Below are positions 38,732 through 48,019 of a stretch of DNA of 64,000 bases, piece by piece (the first letter of the stretch is position 1; each line of letters starts with the position of its first letter). Both the position numbers and the translations under genes were made by a program. The DNA is taken from positions 19,282,001-19,346,000 of the forward strand of contig JBHGNT010000007.1 in NCBI GenBank assembly GCA_043228905.1, in the 5' to 3' direction. The DNA comes from Azolla caroliniana (Eukaryota; Plantae; Polypodiophyta). A model generated the notes under the pieces. That model had not been told where the DNA came from. It worked only from the letters and a program-made list of their open reading frames with translations, and did no database searches.

Positions 38732-39107
38732 TGTTACCCGTACGAGAGGTATGGGGATGGATAAGGGTGAAAGTCTATAGTTTTGTTGTTGTGTATGTGC
38801 AAATGTGCACGAGTGTGAGTGAAAGTATATGCGTATGTGTATGAACACATGCACATGTGTGTGCATGTGGGTAAATATGGAAGAGTGTGGTGTGGGTAAG
38901 TTGTGTATGTAACTACCAAGCTACATGTCTAATTGTATCTTCTTGATTTGTAACCCTCAACCATGTACATATATAACCCCATATGGGGCATAAATGAAAG
39001 ACAATAGAAGAAGTTGCCTCTCTAAGTTATTGTTTCTCTCTCTCTCATGGCCAACCCCTTGGGAGGGGGGTGGAGCCATTCGTGGCTCTACCACCCACCC
39101 ATCAACA
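38732..39107 (+). mobile_element. Solo LTR (376 bp)
   Basis: TGTT..AACA termini and a perfect TSD TTCTT (38727-38731 / 39108-39112). TATATAA at ~38970. The host gypsy frame EDFDDMFEKK/NVDFLP resumes across it. Confidence 0.85.
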
Positions 39108-39140
39108 TTCTTTTTCTCGAACATGTCGTCAAAGTCTTCC

Positions 39141-39727
39141 TAGTTCATAAGTGGGGAGTCAGGGTGGGCAACCTAACCGGACTTGGTCCCCCTTAAGATA
39201 AAGGAATGAGCAACCAAGTCAAAATGGGTCCTCAAGGAAACTAGGAAGTGAGCCGCCAAGTCATATTAGATAATGTAAGCATGAAATAAGGAAATAAATG
39301 ATATATAGTAAAGAAAAAGAGAGAGAAAGAAGGGCGTCGATCCACCCCAACCACCCCCGAGCAAAGGGATCAAGATGAACTCGAGCCTTGATTGATGGAG
39401 CCCATGCCTTCACCATGATATCAAGTCGTACCTAGTACTGGTGTGCTTGCTACAAGAGGTTGTACACCACAAGATCACAGTCTCGACGTTGTTGAATGAT
39501 GGGTCTAAGGGGGGTAGCGAGGCCTCATATTTATAGCCAGACCTAAGGCCCCCAACCAAGTTCACTCTTGACCCTTATGGCTTGACTCAATTCTTAGGAT
39601 TAAAAGTAATCCTCCATTCTTTACATTCTTGGTTAACCCTTAAAGTTTTATCCTTGTGTGTAGAATACTATGATACAAACTACCACGGAATAAATCATTG
39701 TCATGCTCGTAATATATTCCCCCTCTT
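39141..39727 (-). mobile_element. Decayed LTR plus PPT of another retroelement (host of the 39832-43573 insertion)
   Basis: TCCCCCTCTTT at ~39718-39728 reads as a minus-strand PPT. Minus-strand TATAAATA at ~39528-39535. Boundaries uncertain. Confidence 0.4.
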
Positions 39728-39831
39728 TAAAACATTGCACACTTGCAATGCCAAATAATAATGGTCATGTAGTGTCCTTTATAGACTTATCCATCCATTT
39801 AATTTTAATTTCTTGGATTGTTATAGAGCGC

Positions 39832-40693
39832 TGTCGTAGTGTATTTCGTACACTACGTGAAAAAGTAAAAATAATATAACCGATTTAATTACATATAAAT
39901 AAATAAAATAATATATCAAGATATTTATCACATGCATAGGGCAAGATTCGAACCCTGTACCTCCATATAGTCAAACCTCAACTTTACCATTATACTACCT
40001 TATCTTTAGTGTTCTATAAATAGATTTAATAACTATAAGTGCTTTATTTGCGCCTACCTTTATTAAAAGGTAAATCGTGCATTTTTAGAGTGTGTGAATA
40101 TTTTATAGAAAAAACGCAAGCAACTAAAAAGTGACTCGTGCACATCTAGCGTGCATGAGCACTATATTTAGCAAATAAAAGCAAGGATTAGAAAAGCATC
40201 ACATGCATATTTAGTGTGCATGAACATATTAGAAAAAAAGCATGTAGCTATGCTTAGTCTCTCCCATCACTACATAAGGATGGGGAGCACAATGTAATAG
40301 GGTGTGAAATATTTGGGAAATTGGATATATTTCCTAAAACACCAATTAATAAAATATACTCGTGGGATTCACGAAGTTTAAGATAATCTATCTCTTTCAA
40401 TCTAAATTCATATTCTTACATAAATATTGATTAATGTAATACTTGTGGGATTCACAAGGTTTGATCTCTTTTCTCAATCTACTCTACTCTATTCTAAATT
40501 ATTTCAATTTATTACTACGATTTAGATAAACTAAAACAATTATACTTGTGGGATTCACAAGTTTCTATATCTCTTTCTTATAATCTATTCATATTCATAA
40601 CTAGATTAGCCTCAAATTCTTCCTCCTCCTAGTCCAAAACCTCGGTGGTTCCCACCCGACTCACGCAACGATCCGGAGCCGAAAGGCACGACA
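39832..40693 (+). repeat. 5' LTR (862 bp)
   Basis: Direct repeat of 42712-43573. Confidence 0.97.
39945..39997 (-). promoter_or_regulatory. tRNA-like RNA Pol III internal promoter (A box + B box) inside the LTR, antisense
   Basis: Minus strand TAGTATAATGG (39997-39987) and GTTCGAATC (39953-39945), 33 nt apart, with TTTT downstream at 39908-39905. The copy at 42825-42877 has B box GTTTGAATC. Confidence 0.6.
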
Positions 40694-40697
40694 CAGT

Positions 40698-40715
40698 TGG
40701 TGAACCCGACGTGAA
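40698..40715 (+). other. Primer-binding site complementary to tRNA-Trp
   Basis: TGGTGAACCCGACGTGAA is the reverse complement of TTCACGTCGGGTTCACCA, the 3' end of plant cytosolic tRNA-Trp(CCA) as recalled. Confidence 0.85.
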
Positions 40716-40731
40716 GGCGGGTGGCAAGGAG

Positions 40732-42426
40732 ATGGAGAATCAACAAGAGGGACTGAGCATAACGATGATGATGATGTTCGAGCGGATGCTACAAGAACAA
40801 CGAGTGATGTCGGAGATCACGGGGGCAGTAAAGCGGCTCGTACAACGAAACGGACAATTCAACGGAAACGATGTGTCACGCTATCTACGTGACTACAAGG
40901 CGGAGATGATACGATGTGGGATACCGGAAGGATTGCAAGTGACATCCTTCAATCGGGTAGCCGCGGATGAGTTACAAGAAAGAATCTACAAGATACGGCA
41001 ACAAAATCCAACATGGGGGTCCTTCGAAGAAGCTTTACGAGAGGCATATGATTACAAGAGATCGAAGGGAAAAGATCGGCGAGAATTCGACGAATGGGTG
41101 GCATCGGAGAAGACCCACCGAAGTGCAACACAAGCATTCCTAGAGTTCGAGCATCGTTTTGCTCGACTCTCGGAGCGAGAACAACGATTGGTGGGAGAGG
41201 ATAAAGTCCTAATGTTCGTAAAATCGATCGATCGAAAAGAAAGGATGGACATCGGGATCGAACTCGAAGACGATGAAGGTACGAATGGTCTTACCGAAGA
41301 TTGGGCCGAAGTCCAAAGGGTATGCCGGAGACATGATGAGAGGAAGATGAGAATCTTGTCAATGACATGGCCGATGAAGGATGGTCGATTGAAGACAAAT
41401 GATGGAGCCGATATGAAGGCCGAAATACAACATGATGGTGCGACGGAAGAGGGTGTAAAACAAGCTACCCTCTTGTCTTGCGAAAGAGCAACGACGAAGG
41501 ATAAGGCCGATAACCCAAGTGTAGAAGAAGATTTCGGAATACAAGTGTCCGAAACATCGGGTGAAAAAGGGGTAAGCATAATTGATGTTTGCATAATTGA
41601 TGCACTGAAAGAGAGCAAAGAGGACTTGATTGAGGAGGTCACCATGAAAGATGACATCGAATTGAAGGTGGCTATGGACGAATCAACGACGGATGGCCAT
41701 ATCGAGACTTCCCCACCACTGATTCTAGAGACTCCGGCGGTTGCGTTCGAAAGGCAACGTGAGACCGAAGAGACGGAAGGTGGCGGAGAGAAAACAAAGG
41801 TCGAAGTCGATGCATACGACGGAGAGATAGCCGAGAATATGGCTATGGGTGAAACAACGGAGGATGATAATACCGAGGATTCCTACCCACTAATTCTAGA
41901 GACTTCGGCGGTTGTGTCCGAGAACCAACGTGAGACCGGAGAGACGGGAGGTGGCAGCAAGAAAGGTAAAGTCGGAAGCCGGTTCGGATGGAAGGTGATC
42001 CGGACGGGATTCCGATCCGAAAGAAAGCCGAACCGGGTAAAAGAGGATTCGACTGAAAGACGATACAAACGAAAGCCGAACCGGGCAAATGAGGATTCAG
42101 CCGAAAGACGACCCAAAAGAAAGCCGACCCGAAAAGGGGTCGACTCGGTCAAAACCGATCGACTGAGTCTGACTTGGCCGAACGCGAATATGGATGGAAG
42201 CCGACCTAGCCAAAAGCCGATCGGACGAGACCGATCCAGAAAGAAGCTAATCCGACTCAACCGAAGGTTGGACCGGTCGAGGCTGGTGAAAACGAGGAAA
42301 AGAAAGCCAACCGAAACCGAAATCGATAGATCGAAACCGGGCCGGAAGGAGACCGACTCAATCGAAACCGAACAACCGATTCCGATTCGGCCGAATACGA
42401 ATCCGATCGGAAGCCGATCAAACTGA
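40732..42426 (+). CDS. Gag-derived protein (564 aa): capsid-like N-terminus, acidic middle, basic repetitive tail
   Basis: Uninterrupted ORF starting 17 nt after the PBS. The N-terminus (FNGNDVSRYLRDYKAEM..TWGSFEEALREAY) is homologous to the gag remnant at ~53420-53950. In frame with ORF 42466-42759 beyond a single TGA. Confidence 0.8.
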   Translation: MENQQEGLSITMMMMFERMLQEQRVMSEITGAVKRLVQRNGQFNGNDVSRYLRDYKAEMIRCGIPEGLQVTSFNRVAADELQERIYKIRQQNPTWGSFEEALREAYDYKRSKGKDRREFDEWVASEKTHRSATQAFLEFEHRFARLSEREQRLVGEDKVLMFVKSIDRKERMDIGIELEDDEGTNGLTEDWAEVQRVCRRHDERKMRILSMTWPMKDGRLKTNDGADMKAEIQHDGATEEGVKQATLLSCERATTKDKADNPSVEEDFGIQVSETSGEKGVSIIDVCIIDALKESKEDLIEEVTMKDDIELKVAMDESTTDGHIETSPPLILETPAVAFERQRETEETEGGGEKTKVEVDAYDGEIAENMAMGETTEDDNTEDSYPLILETSAVVSENQRETGETGGGSKKGKVGSRFGWKVIRTGFRSERKPNRVKEDSTERRYKRKPNRANEDSAERRPKRKPTRKGVDSVKTDRLSLTWPNANMDGSRPSQKPIGRDRSRKKLIRLNRRLDRSRLVKTRKRKPTETEIDRSKPGRKETDSIETEQPIPIRPNTNPIGSRSN

Positions 42427-42700
42427 AAGTCGATCGGACGAGAGCGATCCGGAAAAAAGTCAAGGTTGATGAAGACAAGAAAGAGGCCAGTAAAAGACAC
42501 TACCACGAATGACAAGGGCCAAGAATATGACGAGAGAGAACAAAGAATATGGTGGATCGGATGGCGACAATGGTTCGGGTGGAAAGAATGGGTCTACTCA
42601 AAATGGAGAGACAAAGTTGACATAGCGGGACAAATGGAGGATGAAGGGGAGACAACGAGCATCGGCAACTTCGGCACATACCGGAGGATGTGCGGGTTCC

Positions 42701-42711
42701 GAGGGGGCGAG
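42701..42711 (+). other. Polypurine tract
   Basis: GAGGGGGCGAG directly before the 3' LTR. Confidence 0.85.
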
Positions 42712-43573
42712 TGTCGTAGTGTATTTCGTACACTACGTGAAAAAGTAAAAATAATATAACCGATTTAATTACATATAAATAAATAAAATAATATATCAAG
42801 ATATTTATCACGTGCATAGGGCAGGATTCAAACCCTGTACCTCCACATAGTCAAACCTCAACTTTACCATTATACTACCTTATCTTTAGTGTTCTATAAA
42901 TAGATTTAATAACTATAAGTGCTTTATTTGCGCCTACCTTTATTAAAAGGTAAATCGTGCATTTTTAGAGTGTGTGAATATTTTATAGAAAAAACGCAAG
43001 CAACTAAAAAGTGACTCGTGCACATCTAGCGTGCATGAGCACTATATTTAGCAAATAAAAGCAAGGATTAGAAAAGCATCACATGCATATTTAGTGTGCA
43101 TGAACATATTAGAAAAAAAGCATGTAGCTATGCTTAGTCTCTCCCATCACTACATAAGGATGGGGAGCACAATGTAATAGGGTGTGAAATATTTGGGAAA
43201 TTGGATATATTTCCTAAAACACCAATTAATAAAATATACTCGTGGGATTCACGAAGTTTAAGATAATCTATCTCTTTCAATCTAAATTCATATTCTTACA
43301 TAAATATTGATTAATGTAATACTTGTGGGATTCACAAGGTTTGATCTCTTTTCTCAATCTACTCTAATCTATTCTAAATTATTTCAATTTATTACTACGA
43401 TTTAGATAAACTAAAACAATTATACTTGTGGGATTCACAAGTTTCTATATCTCTTTCTTATAATCTATTCATATTCATAACTAGATTAGCCTCAAATTCT
43501 TCCTCCTCCTAGTCCAAAACCTCGGTGGTTCCCACCCGACTCACGCAACGATCCGGAGCCGAAAGGCACGACA
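42712..43573 (+). repeat. 3' LTR (862 bp)
   Basis: Direct repeat of 39832-40693. Confidence 0.97.
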
Positions 43574-45374
43574 GCGCAAATGTCTTATTGCAAATAATAA
43601 TAGTAAAATGCTTCTTTTAGCATGCACCTCACCTTTTCTATTTTTCATGCATCCATACTTATCCCCCAAGGTGTCGAGAATGAGCAAAATGTTGATAATC
43701 ATGTCCATCCATTCATGTTGCTTCCATAAGATTCGACCTCTTGTCTCTTCATTTCGAGATTAAGTTCTTTTCTTCCAATGAGCACACTTCCACAAGATCT
43801 ATCCTCTCATCTGTCAAAGTTCTCCTACCTAGTTTGCATTTGGATCTTTTTTTTGAAGCTTTCGTGGGCATCCTAACATTTAGCACCATTTCCTAGTGAG
43901 GTGTAATTGTATATGGGTTGCACATTTCTTCTCATAGCATCCTCCATGAGTTTCATTTCACCTAGCCAAATTTGGTACTAAGCAATTGTCTTGTTTTTTA
44001 TGCATCAATTTGATTCAATGAAGCGGATGACTTCCCATCGAAGATCTTCTTGGAAGTCAACATTGCGGCTCTTCTTTGGTGTTGTAGGGTATCACAATAT
44101 ATACATCACCAATTGAACCCTTTCCACTAATTTGGCAAGAGTAAGCCTAATTTTCTAACCACCCGGACGATTTGAAGGTCTTATATCATTCTCACCAAAT
44201 CATTGATGGTTTCCCGTTTGACTAGTGCGTCTACTCTCTTCTTCTTAGTGCCAACCCTAGAACTAGTTTGGGTTGTGCACCGGATTTACAAAGTATCATG
44301 AAGCTTTCTTTATCGTGTTTTTCTCACTCACAAATGCCATATCATGACTGCATTTTGTGACATCTTTTAATATGAGGGAAGTTGATAGTAATGAATCTAA
44401 ATTGAAAGAAACCTCACAATGAGGCCTACAAAGTGAATCCTAACTACAATGCTCACCAATGATTAGGCTTAGAGACAACACATTTCGATGATGAGAATTT
44501 AGTTATCAATGAAGCATGCTTTCCAATGAAGGCTACCGACAAAAGCACACTTGACCTAGCACACTTTTCCGAATCTTGACGAACCTTCTATCCTGGTCTA
44601 CGATCCTCATGGTCCCACTCTCTCTTTCATACATTGTAGACCTCAGTGACATTGTATTGATTTCATACCTGAGGCAACCATATGCCACACATTTTGACAT
44701 GGATAGAGTGAGGGCTATGATCTATGTCGTACTTATTGAAGTAAGACGAAAGCTTTCATTTTCACCAATAATGCCACGAGAACTTTAAAAAGCGGTAGTT
44801 TGGTTGGAAGGTTCAACAAAATGTACTCATGAGTATTAAGATCGTAGATAAATAGGCCAAAAATACTTCATAGGATACTATGCTCAAAGTTTCCATTTCT
44901 TACTACTTGATACTACTAGCTATAATGATGTATTCACACTATTGTGTGCTGATCAAATCCATTCCCCTAGTGTTGACTATGAGGGTTTAGGAATCAATTA
45001 AATCTTATACAAGTAAATATGAGTTGTATAGAATGTGTGTAATTCCAAACAAAACATGAAGCGTGGTTGCCAAATGCATTTTTCGCCATTTTTTCCTAAA
45101 CGAATTCCATCGGAGGCATAGGATTTTCAGATTTTTCGGTCTTCGTCTTAAAACTCGGGGAAGAATGTCGCGCAAAGCTCTTGTTAAAAACTAGCATACT
45201 CATTGACTTGTTAAAAATATAAGAAAAAATGTGGTACTACTTCATAAAACAAATATGAAGAACTAAAATTGAACCAATGAAAAGGAGTTACATTGCAATG
45301 TGAGTGTTCGTGAGGGATATTCGATGCTTTATTGGAAGAGATTGCGCAAGCCAAAAGCCAAAATCAAATTAAGT

Positions 45375-46157
45375 CTAATATGGGGGAGGAGAGTAAGGTG
45401 GCTTGATGGAGGGCGGTTTAGGGTAAGAAGGAGAGGAAGGTGGCTTTTGGTAAGGAGGTTTAGGGTAAGAAGGTGGTTTAGGGTGGGAAGGAGAAGTAGG
45501 TGGTTTTTGATAAGAAGGTGGTTTGTAGGAAGGTGATTTGGGGGCATGGGGCTTGTGGTGGTGGGGAGAGTATGGGGTATTGTGAGTTGGGGGAGTGTAA
45601 TATGGTGGTGGTTTTGTAACAGGGGACGGCTCGTGGTGGTAAGCCGGAGGCGGTTTTGTGTAAACATGAGGAGGCTTGGTATAAGCCGGAGGTGGTTCGG
45701 TGTAAACGCGAGGAGGCTTCGTGTACGAAGCCGGAGGTGGTTTCGTGAGGACACGAGGCGGCTTGGTGTAAGTGGGGGGAGGATTCCAATAATCAGGAGG
45801 AGGTTCGTCGTAAGTTGGAGGAGGTTCGGTATAAATTGGGGGAGGTTCGGTATACACCGGAGGAGGTTTGGTATAAACCGGAGGAGGTTCAGTATAAACG
45901 GGGGGAGGTTCGGTATAAACCGGGGGAGGTTTGGTGTAAACCGGGGGTAAGTAGGTGTTAACCGGAGGAGGTTCGGTATAAACGGGGGGAGGTTCGGTAT
46001 AAACCGGGGGAGGTTTGGTGTAAACCGGAGGTAAGTAGGTGTTAACCGGAGGTGGTGGCGATGTATAGGTGTATGGCGGGTTTGCATTGGTCATTGTGGT
46101 AAACATGACCGCCAGAAGCACGGGAAGAAACACCGAAAAAGCCACCCATTTCGCCAT
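45375..46157 (-). CDS. Secreted proline-rich / extensin-like cell-wall protein (260 aa)
   Basis: Signal peptide MAKWVAFSVFLPVLLAVMFTTMTNA. PPPVYT(E/K) heptads, one SPPPP, and C-terminal KPPSY repeats ending YSPPPY. TATA box upstream and AATAAA at 45333-45328. Confidence 0.88.
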   Translation of the reverse strand: MAKWVAFSVFLPVLLAVMFTTMTNANPPYTYTSPPPPVNTYLPPVYTKPPPVYTEPPPVYTEPPPVNTYLPPVYTKPPPVYTEPPPVYTEPPPVYTKPPPVYTEPPPIYTEPPPTYDEPPPDYWNPPPTYTKPPRVLTKPPPASYTKPPRVYTEPPPAYTKPPHVYTKPPPAYHHEPSPVTKPPPYYTPPTHNTPYSPHHHKPHAPKSPSYKPPSYQKPPTSPSHPKPPSYPKPPYQKPPSSPSYPKPPSIKPPYSPPPY

Positions 46158-46239
46158 CTTTTGATCTCCACTCTCTCCCACCTCAACTTATCACAAAACC
46201 ATATGTTTGGTATCCTAATCATGGGTCCTTAGGCCCTCC

Positions 46240-46248
46240 TTTATATAT
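46240..46248 (-). promoter_or_regulatory. TATA box of the proline-rich protein gene
   Basis: Minus strand ATATATAAA about 85 nt upstream of the ATG. Confidence 0.6.
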
Positions 46249-47699
46249 GTGTTGTGTCTAGAATTTATGCATCACCTTAGTTCCTTCGACCCGTGATTCC
46301 TTAGATTTGCATTATTCGACGTAAAAGTTTGTGAATAAAGAAAGGCACTAGTGGACTTATGCATAAGAGCCAATGATAGGGTGGGGTGGGGGGTTCCATT
46401 TCAACACTTTTCTCGACAAGCTTTTGGCTTGAAGAGAGAGAATTTTCTCTATTTGTTGATCCTCAAAACACAAAGGCCGGTATAAGTGTTGAAAGGAACC
46501 CTTTGCTTGATAGTCACATTAGTTTAGCTTTTGTTCTCTCAAAACTTTGACAATGCATTTTGCAATGATTTTGTTTGTTTTCACTCATATTTTGGTAAAT
46601 TACATTTATACCCTCTCATTTTGTTTCACTACTCGCTTTTCCATTTCATTTCTTGGCCACAAGATCTTGAAATCCATTTGAGAACCACACTGGACTAACA
46701 ACATAACATTGTAAGTTAAAGCTACCATTATAGAACATCACTCGAATTCTCGCTGGAATCCACCTTGAAACTTAGCAAATTGTGGGTTACCTAACAACAC
46801 TTTCTCTAAGAGTTGCTATTTAATTATCTTATGGATCCTTTAATTAAAGAAAAAGAAGGGAATCAAAAGTACATATTCATGATGCATATCACTTGTGCTA
46901 CACTAGAGAGAAAGAAATTAAGATTAAACACCCATAGTTACATACTTTAGGGAAAGAAAAGAAAAGTATTGTGAATCGCACATTAGGCGGCATCCACCTA
47001 TTGTGAAATGCACATTCACGACAAACATTACACATTTAGAAAATGCATATTAGGGATGAACTTTTTAATAAAAGGTTCCCATAACTAGTTGAATATATTT
47101 GAACCTTGGTGAGAGCCCATAGAGTACACTTCTATTTTAGACCCCTACAATAATGGGATTGGTAAAATATGCATGACATTTGGGTTGAATAATTAGATTT
47201 ACCATAATTACTTATTATCCCTCAACTCACTATCTTTTGAATGATAAGATCACTTCTCATTGGCATTACGCCCATGAAAAGGGTTATCATGCACAGAAAT
47301 ATGATTCAAACAATCTCTTACAAAGGCTTCTTAGGAGTAGATGGGGGAGCAAGTGAAAATATTCGAAGGACACAAAAAGTAAAATATTCGAAACAAGTTT
47401 AGAATGGATGAAAGAAGTAAGCAAATGGTTTGGAAAAAGCAATGTATCGTAATATTTGCATCACCGTGCATCAACAAAATCCTCTTATGAATGCTCCTTT
47501 TATGAAACACAAATGTATCATACGTTGGGAAGATGTAAGAGCTAATATTTCACAAATTATATTAGAGTCCATCTATAATGTGTACACTATTCCACATGAA
47601 TTCATTCTCATTATCTTTGATATGAAATCAATTGTGTATATTTTGGCGTGAACAAGTTCAAGAGTCAAAGTATCACACTATGATACAATTTGTTGCATT

Positions 47700-47920
47700 C
47701 TCCTATACTCAAATTCCCTTTTCATACATTGTCAATCCAGTCCACTCCTTACACATATTCGTCTCACAATGATAATGTGCACTCTAAATAACAACGTTTA
47801 TGGTAAACTTCTTACCACACTCAAATTTCCTTTCCACACATTGTTAATATGGTCCACTTTGCACATACATTCCTCTCACAATCACAATGTGCCATCTAAA
47901 TTGCAATGCTTAATAATAAG
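47700..47920. repeat. ~110-bp degenerate tandem duplication
   Basis: 'actcaaatt..cattgt(c/t)aat..gtccact..ctcacaat..aatgtgc..tctaaat' x2. Confidence 0.7.
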
Positions 47921-48019
47921 CTTCTTGAAAATAGAGAGCCACTAATCAACTCCACAAATTTTATGTAAAAACATTTCAAGTTTAGTCCTACAAATCATAT
48001 TGGATAATGATAATATCTC

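Larger units (their letters stand above)
20097..39140 (-). mobile_element. Decayed chromovirus Ty3/gypsy (3' LTR ~20097-21114, chromodomain, integrase, RNase H, RT) fragmented by nested insertions
   Basis: Chromodomain ECEADRILDSRLLHRQFQYLV (~21250-21340). Integrase WVDLLPIVE (~36480-36510) continues as FYNNSLHGSTG (<21800). RNase H KPFQVEVEASDFAIGVILSQ (37213-37422). RT MPFGLTNA..FVVIYLDNILVF (to 38315). EDFDDMFEKK (~39110-39140). Decayed PPT at ~21118-21127. Confidence 0.8.
39832..43573 (+). mobile_element. Young non-autonomous (pol-less, gag-only / TR-GAG-like) LTR retrotransposon
   Basis: Two 862-bp LTRs (TGTCGT..ACGACA) with 5 differences, and a 4-bp TSD GCGC (39828-39831 / 43574-43577). 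PBS and PPT present. The 2018-bp interior has no PR/RT/RH/INT motifs. Confidence 0.93.

Noticed and set aside
39935-40005. Functional tRNA gene
   Set aside because: A and B boxes are present but the acceptor and anticodon stems do not pair. Reported only as a tRNA-like promoter; the same applies to 52145-52205 and 52757-52818.
43580-44800. Possible gag/protease remnants of the element hosting the gag-only insertion
   Set aside because: Too decayed to identify motifs reliably by eye.
45300-46087. Alternative-frame and antisense ORFs over the PRP gene
   Set aside because: Shadows of the 21-nt coding repeat; only the PPPVYT frame has a signal peptide.
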